Of a DNA stretch of 64,000 bases, positions 12,775 to 26,425 are shown piece after piece. Each line of letters starts with the position of its first letter. Positions within the stretch are counted from its first letter, which is position 1. The translations under genes were made by a program, and so were the position numbers. This stretch comes from Nemertoderma westbladi (taxonomy: Eukaryota > Animalia > Xenacoelomorpha). Under the pieces are notes generated by a model. It was not told the origin of the DNA. It saw only the letters and a program-made list of their open reading frames with translations, and searched no databases. The stretch spans positions 1 to 64,000 of the forward strand of contig JAUCBJ010000145.1 of the NCBI GenBank assembly GCA_032718475.1. Reading direction: 5' to 3'.

Positions 12775-13974
12775 GAGGCCCATTCTCACCAAAATTGGCC
12801 AAAACGGGTGTAAATTTTTCCAAAAAATTGTTCTCCAGAATATAGTAAACCCATATATTTTCTGAAAGCTCATGATGTCAGGAATTTCATGGGCACCATA
12901 GTCAAACACTTTTGCGCCGTTGAAAAAATTTATTTGGCATTTAAAACGAGTCCGCCCAGTAATGATTTGTCCGGCCTGTAATGCTTTAACATTTCAATAT
13001 AAATCCATTGTAAATATATCATTATGTCCACGCCCTGTAATGATTTGTCCGGCTTGTAATGCATACATTTCTTGGAAAATATATAATAATCCACGCCTAT
13101 AATTATATTTTGAATAGTGAAAGATATACTTTTATTATATTAAACATATATATTACATAGTGAACGTGATCCCAGAGCCTCCTAGAGCCATACATTACCA
13201 GGGGCGGACACCATTACAGGGCCGGACACAGTGATTGATTATTGTCTGTAAATAATTTGCAGTGTGGCTAACCTACATATTTCATACACCCCCTGAAAGC
13301 GCTGAGAAATACGAATCTGGCAGTATTTTTACTAACTCTTATCAGTAATTCTATCACTTTTAAATAGGCAATATCTCACCATTACAGGGGCCGGACAAAG
13401 TGATTGTCACATATACCTTGGTCTACTTAGAAGACGATTACTTGTACGGAAATTAAGCAAATGCGATGAAATTTTAACGTGGTCATCCTGAGAAAATTTG
13501 CTTTCAAATGAATATTTACTTTTAGGATTGCTCTTAAAAAGTTAAGATGAAATGAGCACCATTACAGGGTCGGACATAAAAATCAGAAAAGTGTCGGACA
13601 CGATGTTAAATGCAGCTGTACGACACCAACTACATTGTACGTATACAAATACTGCTGAAAACGAATCTCCATTTATCCAGCTTTCTAACGATATGTTGGT
13701 TTACTGGATATGACCTTGGGGTTGGAATTTTATAACAGTTTGTTCTACTAGCACTTTGGACCTGGGACATGTGAAAATGTCATTTTGACCATATTTTTGG
13801 CCATATTATGTTCTGCTACAGGAAGACATGATGTATGTTGGAGCTGAAATTAACTGTACAAAATCTACGCTTCAGCAGCTTTCTTTGAAGCCATCAACCA
13901 CTTTCTAGAACCGCCATAAACAGAAGTTATGGCTTCAGGACACCCGTTTGGCCAATTTTGGTGAGAATGGCCCT
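12775..13974. mobile_element. Non-autonomous DNA transposon with ~35-bp terminal inverted repeats (possibly Sola-like)
   Basis: GAGGCCCATTCTCACCAAAATTGGCCAAAACGGGTGT ... ACACCCGTTTGGCCAATTTTGGTGAGAATGGCCCT; internal CCATTACAGGG-CCGGACA repeats. Confidence 0.75.
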
Positions 13975-14458
13975 AGAGTAGAATTATTACATTTCACGTT
14001 CTGACTAAATGGCCACTTTGTAAAAAGCGAAAATATTCAGCGTTTTGAAGATTTAACAAGAACGCTGGTTTGGCTGAGTGTAGAAAAATATAGCCTATGC
14101 AGGCCTATACACAGCCTACCCTTACAGTTACATAAAGTAGGTCTACAAAAACGTACACAATGAAATAAAAACGCTTGCAACACATTGTCGTGTGTGTAAG
14201 GCAATAATAATGACTGCTTTGAGCAGTAATATAAAATAATTTATGGGTAATATAATTAACAAATTAATTGCGAAAGGAGAGTTAAATTTCCCAACATAAA
14301 TTACACAAAAATTCGAATTTTTATAATAAATATGAACAAATAGACGTCGTTGCTACTGGTATGAAATAATCTAACACGTTGAAATGAGAGAATTTGAAAG
14401 AATAAATGAAATAATAACAGTAACATAACTATGTCTTAGATTATATAATAGCACATTA

Positions 14459-14774
14459 GGGGCCGGTCATAAATAACATCAAGGTTGTACCGTTTCTCAA
14501 TATTTAAAATCATGTTAATATTTAACATAAGTATTTATTTTGGTGTAGGTCTGCATCTGCAATGCTATTTTCTGTTTAGCTTTTTGTAATAATAAATTAT
14601 GATGAATTGTTCCAATTTTTGGGTCAACACTTCTTGGTAGTTATTCCAATATGACATCAAGTGAATGTAGTTAACCATGCAATCTACAACATCAGAAATC
14701 ACTCCGAAATAAATCCCCCCCCCCCCCCCCCCCCTCCTTCCTTAAACATAATGATTTAATTTATGACTGGCCCC
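14459..14774. mobile_element. PIF/Harbinger-type MITE
   Basis: TIR GGGGCCGGTCATAAAT / ATTTATGACTGGCCCC with TTA on both sides. Confidence 0.8.
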
Positions 14775-15387
14775 TTACTGGTCCGTTGGCGATTAGCACT
14801 ATCTCTATATTATCGAGGAAAACAATTTATTCCAAAATTTCAACACTGGAGTTTTGACATCGAGCTGCAAGTCGAAATGAGAGATATGAGTGGGGGACTT
14901 TCGATACAAAAACAACTCATTAGTGGTTACTCCCAAAAATAAAACTATTACATGTTCTATTGACTCTTGTTTATTGTTTTTTTTGAATAACCTACCACTG
15001 TGACCTGTACGTTTCTCTTAATTGATAATTAACATTGAGACGGAGAAAATAATTCCGAAATGAAAAGCGGTCGTCATGACAACCTTACAAACAAAATAAA
15101 TACTTTTGTTATTAAAATGGTAAAATAATACATTTAAAGACCCGTTTCCGCACTGATTTTTTATGTGCTGTTTCCTGAGCCTGTTTGGACTTTTTTCAAG
15201 CTTTGTTTTGAAATTTTTTCCATGCTTTATTGGCCTTTCTAAGTTTTAGTCAATGAAATTATGAATGTTCTAGAATTAGAGAATTTGACCCAATTATTTG
15301 TTATTTTAAGTGAGATGGTTTACTAGCATATTTACTTTCACTGTAATTAACCCTAAAGGCCATGATACACCGGATGAGCGGCGATCA

Positions 15388-15480
15388 TCAGCGGCGAGCG
15401 TCAGCGGCGAGCGTCAGCGGCGAGCGTCAGCGGCGAGCGTCAGCGGCGAGCGTCAGCGGCGAGCGTCAGCGGCGAGCGTC
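15388..15480. repeat. 13-bp tandem repeat
   Basis: (CAGCGGCGAGCGT) x7. Confidence 0.95.
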
Positions 15481-15788
15481 CATTTTATGAATTTATACAA
15501 TTTGTAATTAATTAAATGTAATTTACTTCCTACAGTATATTGCTATTTTTTTGACGATACGTAGAGTCATCTCCCCCCATCCACTCCGATATTTTTCCAT
15601 AAATATTTGTAATATTATCTGAAATTTGTAACACAACATGTTAACTTTTTAATGTTACTCAATTTTTTAAGACGAATATATTGTATTAAAGGCAAAGTCA
15701 GTCTTAACATCGACTGCCCCCTCGACGGTGTCTACAACTCTAATAAAGGTGGGAACTCTAGTTATGTTTCAAAATTCAGGCAAATTGT

Positions 15789-17844
15789 TGTAACCCAATG
15801 CATTTAGCCATTATTGCTTCACATCGAATCGTGATGACGCAAAATGTCCCCTGTCGGTGCATTACTGGCAATTAAATATATTCCAAGAAGTACATTTTTT
15901 ATTTACCCCGGATCATATGATCACAGAGCCTGACACCCTGACGATTATTGTATTATTGGCAATTAGGTAGTGCATGTTCGTGGGGCGTCTTGAGCAACGC
16001 GAACTTGCACGCAAGTTCGATTTGATCTGGAGTCAAAACGTCTCGAGAGGTATTTGCCCGTAACTTTCAAACATATTAGAACTTTTTATCTAGTATGCCC
16101 ATATAAAATTTAGTTGAAAATGGTTAAAATCTTCAAAAGTTTTTACGAATGAATTTTTCATTACAGACGGACTGACAGACAGACAGATGGACATGAAATT
16201 TTCCCCTATTTACTAATTATATATAATTGTGCGCTAAGCAAGGCTCTCCCCACAAAAACAATGTTTTACTAAAAACACACACAATCTCTAGTGCCATGGC
16301 CCTCTTGGCACCGTAGTTTAATAGAAATTATAACGATTCTGCAGTTGGTTGTACGGAGTAAAAAAAACAATAAGAAATAATAGAAGAAGTTCTTCCCTTT
16401 CTTCATGTGATCAGATCCAATATATTTTATTGGTGAACAACACAGAAGTCGCTCACCGCCTACGCTCGCCGCTCAACAAGTAGAAGAAGTTCTAAAAGGG
16501 CTGTGGGCTACAGCGGCCATTTGTGGTATTCTGTGGTATTGTATTATGTGGTATTCATAATGGTATTCTAGAGCATTCACGTCACACCTCCAGCTAATTT
16601 TAATAGGTATAATCATGATATTTTAAAAATTCTATATTTCGATATTCTAAAAATTCGACCCTGCTTTATTAAATGAGGTTTTGGGGGCGTGTTGATGAGC
16701 TTTTATAAAAGCTTTATTGGAGCTTTATTCTATATTTTATGTATATCTATAAATATTTTTATATATCTATATTTTAACATTCCAAATTGATTAGATTCAA
16801 TCTCTAGAAATTGTTTAACTAAAAAAAGCACGATAAAGCAGTGCAGAAACGAGATTTTGCACCAACTAGCAACTATAGACATAATTGGAAACAAGTAACA
16901 GTAAAATTGTAGTAACTTTTGAAAGTGTGGAATTTTTTTAAAATCTAAGTGTAAATTGTTTCTATTTTGATGTTCTGTAGAATAACAGAAAATGTGAAAA
17001 TTTTGGAATAAAAACTACGTATCTTGGCTGCAAAGTACGGGATAATTCTTTATACGTTTTCTTTGGTGAAATAAACATCAAACAGAAAGTGTTACTTTAC
17101 ACAGAAGTAGGCCTATGTATACAATTTAATATGTAGAACCCATTAGAAGAAACAAACAAAATAAGGAAAATAAAAACCAGCACTGTGCAGAATCCCGTTC
17201 CAAATGGAATCTACCGAACAACACGACGTTACAGGATATAAAAGAATTGCTCCACTTTAACACATTTAAAAAACAATAAACGACACATATTTTTCATTAA
17301 TACAGTTTAGTTTAGTTAGAGTTATTATAAGTCAGAGAGGTCTGAGTCAGCATCTGAACAGTCAACTCTACCAGCCGATATATTATATTTTGTAAAACTG
17401 TAAAAATGGTAATAACAGGTGCAATATTTATTGTGTGCGCCGGCAACACGCATCCGTGTTACTGGGGAGCGTCAGTGAGGAGGTATACGTACAAAGATTC
17501 TAAACCAATATGATCCTGTCATTAATCCATTTTCAATTTTATAATCAAATGCCACTCCCAGTCCAAATTAGTGTTGAAACGGGATCGGGACCCACAATTT
17601 TCGGGATTCGGGATCCCGATTATCGGGATCGGCGGCTATACTCATCCAAAACCGAAAACAGCTCTCTGCTCTGCTCTCTTTATATGTGTAAAAAAATAAA
17701 AAATGCCTAGATATATATGTCAAAATGTCCACTAGACATTTTTTCAAAAGGGTACACAGACGTAGTTTATTTCCCTCGTACGTATTTCATTTTGCATTTA
17801 CGTTTTTAATATAATTTCTGCAACATTTTTAATATATCTACTGC
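15789..17844 (+). repeat. ~2-kb segmental duplication, copy B
   Basis: Matches 1060-3087 with scattered substitutions and indels. Confidence 0.95.
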
Positions 17845-18131
17845 AGTCTGACTGAATCGCCGCCACATAAAAATGTTTATCATATTCAATAAAAAGCAAC
17901 AAGTAGTGTTTCTATTATTTATAATAGGCCTATAGAGTATAGACATCTCTGTATGTAGTTGTGAAAACAAAACCGTTACATATTATTTTACTTTATTATA
18001 CATTATTTTGTTTTCGACAAAAATTTCTGATTGTGTTTACAAATTTTAAGCTACACGGCATATAAATTCAGATACCGGTATAGCAAATCCCGATCTATCG
18101 GAATCCGGATAGGGATCCGGTTGCAACACAA
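17569..18131. mobile_element. hAT-type MITE
   Basis: TIR TAGTGTTGAAACGGGATC / GATCCGGTTGCAACACAA; 8-bp TSD GTCCAAAT at 17561-17568 and 18132-18139. Confidence 0.85.
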
Positions 18132-18411
18132 GTCCAAATTATATTTAGTAAAACTCTGCCTCGATAACTCACTAAACATAATATGAAATCGGAAAACTGT
18201 TCATAGTAAATAAAAATAAATTTAGAGTCATTTTCAGCTATACTAAATGTATATAAATGTATAATTCCGGTATACCAATTCCGACCGGAACCGGATTTCC
18301 GCTCGACTCCTACACTACTTTAAGGAAGAGCTGGCAATATCAACCAGTAGTTTTAGATTAAATAAAACGCATATATACAATCTACCACCAATACACTTTT
18401 TTTGAATGATT

Positions 18412-18767
18412 TAGGGATGAGAGTTTTCCGGAAATGTTTTTTCAAGGAAATTTCCGGTAATTTCCGGAAATGTATACTTCACCAGTTTGTAGTTACGACC
18501 ACAAGAGCCAAGACAACAAACCACTTCAACATGACTAAACAAAACCTGAATCACTTGTTTTTAGGTTTATCTACTTGTGTTTTCCTATTTGTTTTCAGAA
18601 TGTTTACAAACTGGCATTTTTAGGATTTTAAGTTCAAATTTTATTATTACTATTTTATGCAAAATTAAAATGAATTAAATATTTACTATTAAAATTAAAC
18701 TTTTGAAAATTAATAAAATAGGAAATTTCAGGAAAGATTTCCAAACATTTCCTGACCCACATCCCTA
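18412..18767. mobile_element. Short MITE-like element
   Basis: TAGGGATG ... CATCCCTA ends with TTTCCGGAAA subterminal repeats; no clear TSD. Confidence 0.55.
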
Positions 18768-19170
18768 ATTAACATTTAAAAAAATGTTAGAAATGAAATA
18801 ATTTAAGGAATATAATATATATTAATAAAAATGTTAAATACTATTTACTTAATATATTGTAACTTGTCAACAATAAGGAAAATATAAGATTTTTGGTAAG
18901 AGATTAAATTCATAATCGACAAAAAAAACAATAAATTAGAGCAACTTCTAAAAATTACTGATTGTTACTAAATAGAGTCTAAACAACACTAAATAGAGTA
19001 ATTAATAGATGCAAGGGGTCATGAAATACATTTGATTAAAATAAAAAATAAATAAAACGCCAAATATAATAAATACCTAAATAATATTAACAATATAAAT
19101 ACGTCATAATATAATATTTCACTATAACATTAACAAAATAATGATAATTATTTATATTCAGGGCCTTTAC

Positions 19171-22100
19171 TTAATCTACGGGCGAAGCAGGTAATTGGTA
19201 CTCTACAGGGACGCTAGGGGGTGTTCGTGGTGATGCCAATTCCATCTCTGTCGCCCAATCCGAGACAGTTACAGCACAGGGGGACTCAGAAGAGCTAGAC
19301 CCTCCAGTAGAAGGACAATCGGGAACGGAACCAACAACATCTCCATGTGTTTCTTCGATCTTCCTTGATTCCTCATCATGCACAGATGGTGCCGGAGTTA
19401 AACTGGTCAACTTTTCAGCCGTCATGGAAATACCAAGTGGATTTGTAGTCAGATCCTTATATTGCACTTTAAGTGCTTTAAAATCCTTAGCCAAGTCTCT
19501 CATAGATGCAGTAAAGCTCGAGCTGGTACTTTCTACTATTTGGGAACCCTGGGTTCTGGCTGGAAGCTGTTGACACGATTTTCCCTCTGACGTCGTAACA
19601 CGGGCATCAAGGTGTTGTTCATTTTGATGGGTGGCTTTGCCAATACCACCTATCTGCTCGTCCATTTCCCCAACCGGAACGATAGACCGCGTCGGTTGAG
19701 GACCTTCGGGAAGATCGTACATTAGTTTACCATCAAATGATGACGTTAAAGGCAAGTAATTCGGTTGTTTAAGGCGACTGGGATATTCTGCCTTAGGATT
19801 TTGAATAGAGTCCAGTTGAATGTAGTCAGGGCGATAAGAAGATGTATTAAGTACTTCTCTATGAGACAGTTCAAAGTTTAATTGGTGTGAATTGGGATCA
19901 ATGTTGCCATGGCCACCGTGGAAAGGTAAAGAACCCTGGGGGTAGGAATATATATCGATTGTACGTGGAATTGGTTGAGAAGTGGATTGAGATGTTCCTT
20001 CCGCAAATAGTGTATCATTACCTGCCAAGGTAGCAGACGATAATGGATTCATTGAATGGGACTCCGCTGTTACGAACGAGTTGCTATGGTAATCAGGCGG
20101 GTATCGGTGATTGGCGGTGTCAATAAGTGTCATTGGGATGCCAGTCCATTCGGATCCATTGTGTGCAGGGTGTACTACTTGGCGAGGAACGTTCTCCACA
20201 TGGGTACGTCGACTACTGCGACGTTTGTCGTGTTTTCTATGGATACTTTTGCCCTTCTTCCCGCCCTTACCGTGTCCGTTGACGCCCAAACCCAGGTCCT
20301 GCGAGTAAGTATTCGAAGAGTCCAGGTAGTAAATTCCCGGCGGAGTATCACCGGGGACCAAGCCCCCGTGCTGAGGGGAATACTGTAAAACCGGGGCCGG
20401 GTGGTAAGCTGGGTAATAGTGAGCAGCGATATCTTCACGATTCCGTGAGATATCGCGAATATCAGACATATCAGGTTTCCTGACGCCTCCGTCGGACTGC
20501 GATGCCTCACTATCCGACGACTTTGAGAAACTAGAGTGTCGACACGAAGCTGCCTTCTGGTAATCGGCAATAGTAGAAACAGTCTCGTTTAACATTCGCA
20601 GGGCATTTTGGTTTTCTTCAGAGGCGTTTTCACCCGGTTCCAAGTAGGATATTTCCGATATCTTAGATAATTGCGCAGAGTTAAGGACAATCTGTCGGGG
20701 TTTAGACTCGTTATTATGGCTCGTATCCGGGTTGGTATAGCCACCACGAATCGTGTGGCTTTTATTCGGCGCGGCCGATAAAGATTTCAACAAAATTGCG
20801 ACCTGATCACTAGGCATCTGTCGGAGTCGCTCTTGAAGGAAAGCCAACGTTTGGGTTTCTTGAACGGACAGTGGATGAGTTTGTGGCGTCTGTTGGGGTG
20901 CATGTGCGTAGGCGAGGGAGGTCGGCTGGGCGAAATTACCTGGACTAAGTAGTACCGGTACTACATTTGACTGTGGGTTATCTACAGGGGGTGATTGTCC
21001 ATAATAAAACGATCTGTTGGAAGGTTGAAGAGAATGAGAAACATTGGCCAACGGAAATGATGGCTGATAATTTATTTCAGTCTGATGGTTAGCTAATCCT
21101 GCTGATTGGGATGCGAACACTTGTTTCGATGTTTGTGGATTCTGATGGCCTGTTACAGTAACTGGAGATTGTTTAGCTACACCTATGGGTGGATTTGATA
21201 ATATTGTAGTTTGGTTTTCTACAAATGTAGGAGGATGAGGTGGAGGTACACTGGAAGCATTGTTAGGATAAACCAATACCGAGTTATCCAGTACTGTAAC
21301 CGGGTTACCAAAACCATGTTCTTTGGGACAAAGTACAGGTTCGTTGGATACAACTGAAGGTTGATTTAAGATGATTGTTGATTGTCCTTTTAAAACGGAA
21401 GGTTGATTTGCAACAACTGCGTGCCGATTTGGAACTGCTACCGGGTAGGGTTGTTCAAATGAAGGTTGGTTTGACGAATCTGCAAATTGGTTTGGAAATG
21501 TAGCGGTAGTTGCAGTTGGAACATTTGAGAGCAGGTTCAACTTCTCCATAGGTTGTTTACTGACTGCTGACAGATTGTTATGAAGAATAGCAGTTTGGTT
21601 TGATAAATATGTAGCAGTATGATTAAGAGGATGGTTTGAAAAAGTAGGTGATTGGCTTGGAAAAATGAAAGGTTGTTCCAAGAAACTTTCGGACTGAGTT
21701 TGCGAGATTTCTGTAGGTTTGATCTGCAACTCATTGGATTGGCTTGGCATAGCAATAGATTGCGGATATAGATCATGTTGAGTTAGACCAGGAACGGCTG
21801 TCGAGACAACATTCGGGGTATATCTGGGCGTGGAGCCAGAGGGCTGACATGCGGTCTGTTGTTCCTCAGAGAAACCAGAGGCATCGACTCGCTCTGTGGG
21901 ACTTGCATGGTTGTAAGTCGGGGGTGACCCATCGTTCGCTATCAAATTTTCCGATTGACGGACATAGGAAACACGAGAATACAAATATCCCGGGTTATTA
22001 CCAATAAGTTTGCTGCGAGAAGAACTCCCGCGCGCCATTTCCTCTATTTCAAGGCCGCATTGTTTATCAAACTCTGATAGTTTAAGATCACTAATGCTGT

Positions 22101-22607
22101 GCTCGCATTGGACGGCCGATATGCGACCAGGTTGGCAGCGGGTGTTATTGACGGACGATTTGACAGCGTTACCACGACCCCTCCCTCTACCCTTGGGAAT
22201 CGGACGAGAGTTTGATTGGATGTTTCTGGCAGTGGGGATGATTGACACATCCGCTTCCCCACTTAGAGGGTCACTTAATCTCGTTTTACGATGGTCCTCG
22301 ACCGATGAATTCACCTTCGCACGGTCAGATGAAGTTACCGACGATTCGCCAACCACGAACAAACTCGACGATCGCCTATCCGATACGAACTCAGATTCTG
22401 ACGGGACAGCGAGAGTAGAGTTTTTACTTCCGTGGTCCTTTGTACCTTCTCCGAGGCGATTCGCGTCGTTACTACTCCGGTGTCTTACCGCTGATTTATG
22501 TTTTAGTTCCGATGATTCGCGCCTCCGGGCCGAAACATCTTTGTTCACTTGTTCATCCCAAGAATCCTCTATCCAGTCACTGGAAGTGCTGTCGAGTGTG
22601 GATATAC
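19171..22607 (-). CDS. Large terminal exon of an unidentified Ser/Pro/Gln/Asn-rich, probably disordered protein
   Basis: Unbroken ORF of >1100 codons in repeat-rich DNA. Acceptor TTACTTATAG|GT at 22608/22607 is phase-compatible with the upstream exon. AT-rich 3' UTR with AATAAA-like signals follows the stop. Confidence 0.85.
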
Positions 22608-23309
22608 CTATAAGTAAATATAAATAAACTATAGGGCTGTTTGAATAACGATGTAAGTTATCTGCGAAAAATAACATAATTTATCTTCAATTAGAAAAAT
22701 TATTGATAGAAAGTCTTTTCTGGGCAGTGCATTTTAACTTTCAAATAAAACATATTTAAATGTATTACTGCTGTGTTACCACCCATACAACAGTCACTGC
22801 TAGCAGGTAGTACTCTACTACCGTGCAGTAGGATTGCTCCTATACTGTCTACAGACATGAACTATCGAGGTATGCCGGTTAAACAATTATGATATCGTTG
22901 AAATGTCGTCTCAATGGCACCTCTTTTTGTGCAGCGCTTCTGTTTATTTTATATACTCGCTATCCGTTTTAAATGGTATTATATTAACAATCTTCTTACT
23001 ATATTCTGCCCTCGTTTATTGATTTCTGCTTCAATGGAATTTTTTACTGGTATCTCTTGGAAAACTCAAAAACATAGTTCAATTTTAAGTCAAAATAAAT
23101 TAGTGTCAAAAAGAGCCTCAGACCAATTACATTTTTATTCTTACAATTTTTTTATTGAGTTTATATCCACTCATAGGATATCGTTCTTCCAGTTTGAGGA
23201 TTTAAGATTGTACTTTTTGTCCATGGATTTAATGGATTTAACCTCAGTCAGTCGCATAATCACAGTGAGTGAGTATCACATAAAATTGAGGGAATTACAA
23301 TTAACTAAC

Positions 23310-23417
23310 TTGATCTCTCTCTAGGGCCGCTAATTTTGCGACTTGATGGCTCGCTGCGAAATTCCCTTGACAGAATACCAGCACTCTCTTCCATGTGACC
23401 CTTTCCTCTTGTATTTG
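23310..23417 (-). CDS. Internal exon of the same gene (ANTRGKGHMEESAG...GPRERS)
   Basis: TTGCAG acceptor, GTTAGT donor, 108 bp, open and in phase with both neighbours. Confidence 0.7.
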
Positions 23418-23658
23418 CTGCAATAAATTAAATTACAAAAATAAATAAAAATTTAGCACTAAAACTTTAACTAAACTCCTTTGATACCATAAAGTAAATA
23501 TATATAATGAACATAAGCAATATAATGAAATCCCTTAAATATAAAATTAAAGTAATTGCAACCCAGTTGGTAACTCGGAATTATTTTCAAAACTTTAGCC
23601 ATGTGAAAGATCAGTTCGAAAAGTTACCGATAGAATAATAAAAAAATAAAATAAGAAA

Positions 23659-24758
23659 TGATAGAGTTTGAGTTGCTGGGAACCTGAAGCTTATTAAGGC
23701 AACAATAAACAGCGCAAATAACTTAAACTTCATGATTTGAGAAATAAAGATTCTAAAAAACAGCTGACGTTTCGATTTATTAAACAATAATCATTTTCAA
23801 AGCAAAAACAAATAAATACCTGAAAATTAGTGAAAGACAGTACTAAATACAAAATACAATAATAAGGCTGGTGAAGATTGAAATAACAATACAAAAAAAA
23901 ACAATTTACAAAATAATGGGTGTGGCTAGTGTGCAAAAAACGGTTGTAATTGAATATGGAAGGCGTGTACAGCAGTACAGTACTACAGAAACAACAGAGC
24001 GGATAGTACAAGACAGTCCAGTAAGAAAGTCAGGACCTACCGGTACACGAATAAGGCAGTACGTGAGGTAGGGGCGGGGGGGGGGGGGGGGGGGGTATAT
24101 CAAGGAACTACAGTAGGGAAAGGAAAGTCGAAGTTGTTTGGTCATTTAAAGTGGGGCGAAGTTTCCTAATGAATAAAGTCTCTTTAATGAGAAGTTCGCG
24201 CAAGTTACGGGATGTTGATAAGATGCTGAAATTTTCTTTTAACGTGGGATGATCGGCGGTGGAGGAGTGTTCAAAGATAGAAGAATTTTTTGGACGGGAG
24301 AATTTTCCGGAGTTGTACAAAAAGCCAGTGTGTTCCTCAACACGTTTAGCCAGGTGGCGTACAGTGCGTCCAACGTAAGAAGCATCGCAGCTTCCACAAT
24401 TATAATGGTACACAACACCCGACCGTATGTGTTCAGGAATCTGATCCTTGTACGGGAAAAGGGAGGATAGCCTACAGCTGGTTTGGAAGATAACTTTTAA
24501 ATCCAAGTGAGACAGACTCTGTCGGAAAAGGCGTAACAGACGTTTCTTTACAAGCGCGCCGTGGTGGCCGGTAAAAGGAAGGCAGATCAAAACACTCCGT
24601 TTGGGTACTGTAGTTATAGGGGGTGATCGTGGTTCACTAATACGATTGAAGAATTTTTGAGAATTATTGTTTAATAAATCGAAACGTCAGCTGTTTTTTA
24701 GAATCTTTATTTCTCAAATCATGAAGTTTAAGTTATTTGCGCTGTTTATTGTTGCCTT
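23659..24758 (-). mobile_element. 5'-truncated Penelope-like retroelement (GIY-YIG end, 3' pLTR, inverted 5' copy)
   Basis: ORF 24108-24590 has GVVYHYNCGSCDASYVGRTVRHLAKRVEEH...KETLFIRKLRPTLN. 24663-24763 is an inverted copy of 23691-23790. Probable TSD AATAAAATAAGAAA at 23645-23658 and 24759-24772. Lies in a host intron. Confidence 0.92.
23763..23803 (-). ncRNA. Minimal type-I hammerhead ribozyme variant in the Penelope terminal repeat
   Basis: GCT-TTGAAAA-T-GATT(loop)AATC-GAAAC-GTC-AGC: U3/A8 covariant core, stem II, ACGT palindrome in place of stem III. Confidence 0.7.
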
Positions 24759-25312
24759 AATAAAATAAGAAAAATAAAAAAATGCTAAGGATCCTTTAGT
24801 GATCCATCAAACTCATTATAAACTAAAACCAATGGGTCAATTAAACTTAACCCATTTCGTTAATTAAATTGAACCAATTGGCGTATAATTAAATAGATGT
24901 CGAGCTGATACTATATCGAAATTAATTACAAATTTCAATATATAGGTATAATTAAGGTTGGAGTCCGGAAACAGTCGGAAAGTACCCCAGTCTCAAATGT
25001 CCACTTTTTTCGCTTATCGCTGCTAATATGTAAATCAGTCTGCCATAGCGATCAAATACCGAGCAATTCGTTAAATTATGTACAAGGAAGCAGCTGTCAA
25101 TTGATTTGTAAACTTAATTCCTGGATATTATTCATCCGACGGTACACAATAGGAGCTGAATTAATAATCTAAGCACAGTGTTATTGAGTACCGTACTGTT
25201 TCTGGTAAATTCCTAGACGAAACTTATTTCCGGACAACTCACATATCATAGCCCAGGTATAGTTTGTACAAAATATGCCAGTAATTAACACAAATATTAA
25301 AATCCTGCCTAC

Positions 25313-25386
25313 CTGGCCGTTTGGACTTTGAAGTCGATGAAACAACTTTGCGATTCGTCGAAGATCCTTTTGAAACATCACACCTC
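25313..25386 (-). CDS. Internal exon of the same gene (W-RCDVSKGSSTNRKVVSSTSKSKRP)
   Basis: TTTAG acceptor, GTAGGC donor, 74 bp; phases match the flanking exons. Confidence 0.7.
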
Positions 25387-25599
25387 CTAAATAAATTAAA
25401 TTGGATAACTAAAACTCATAGGGTTAATCACAAGAAGCGGAAATAATAACATTGTATATAAAATAAAATGAATATTACTATAGTAGTAATAATAATTAAA
25501 TTATTTATTATTTTACTCTGTAGAGTGGAAATGATTATCTATATAAGTAGAGGTGAATGATTCAAGTGCTACTTAGCGGAATATCTGCGGCTTCTACAG

Positions 25600-25885
25600 T
25601 TCTACCCTCTTAATAGAGCCAATATCTTCTTCATTTGTGGCCGTCACCATTGCGGATTCCTTGCGGTACACCATTGATAAGTAGAAGAGCTTTTATGTCT
25701 CAATAAGAATCCAAAGCCAGCAACGGTTGCTTCTGGCATTCCATGAGTTATTAGGACCTCCAGCATTTTACCTGGATCGAGTCGAATGCATTCTTGACAC
25801 ATGTCGGGAGTACAAGAAGGTTCTTTGCCTTAATTCCCTAAATCAGTCTCCGTAGCCCAAGTATCTGAGCTATTGTTGATCCATT
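25600..25885 (-). mobile_element. Decayed RTE-like LINE RT fragment
   Basis: Reads GSTIAQILGLRRLI*GIKAKNLLVLPTCVKNAFDSI, like the RTE-clade STxAQILxLRRIIEG...KAFDSI segment. Confidence 0.7.
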
Positions 25886-26425
25886 ACACCCAATTAATTG
25901 TTGTGATACGCAGTAGTTTCTCTATGTGAGGCCTAATTCTATATAGATCATTTTGTTGTATATTTTGCTTATTTATCTTACAAGCAAAGTCAGTGTATAG
26001 CAGTTATGAACTTCTAGGGTGTAGGCATCATATATATACAGCATTATATGCTATGATTTACAAAACAATGGAGCAAATTCAGGGAATAAAAGTAAAATTT
26101 AGGAAATAAAAACGCATTTTTCTCGCCTCAAGCAGATTATCTGATATACCGGTACGGGTTGTTTTGGGTTATGGTTTGGGATGCCGAACTTAATGTCATT
26201 GTATACTTTTGGAGTACGGCTCCGGTTGTGGTTGATGCTGACGGCAAGAATGAATCAATGCATATGGTTATGCTATGGTTTGGGATATGTTTTTGGGTTG
26301 CAGTAGTTAACCTAGACCACTCTCCTCTAATAATATTGAGAATAGGGCGGGTACTATACGTCAGCAGCTCCAACTCATACCATACATACACCAATATAAT
26401 ATGCATGGGTTAGGTATAATCTTAC

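Noticed and set aside
1060-17844. LTR pair of the BEL element
   Set aside because: One copy ends inside a MITE; no PBS, PPT or TSD was found, and ~6 kb of unrelated repeats separate gag from copy B.
22608-22677. N-terminus of the 1168-aa ORF as a real start
   Set aside because: AT-rich intron-like sequence ending in a good acceptor; upstream exons splice in phase.
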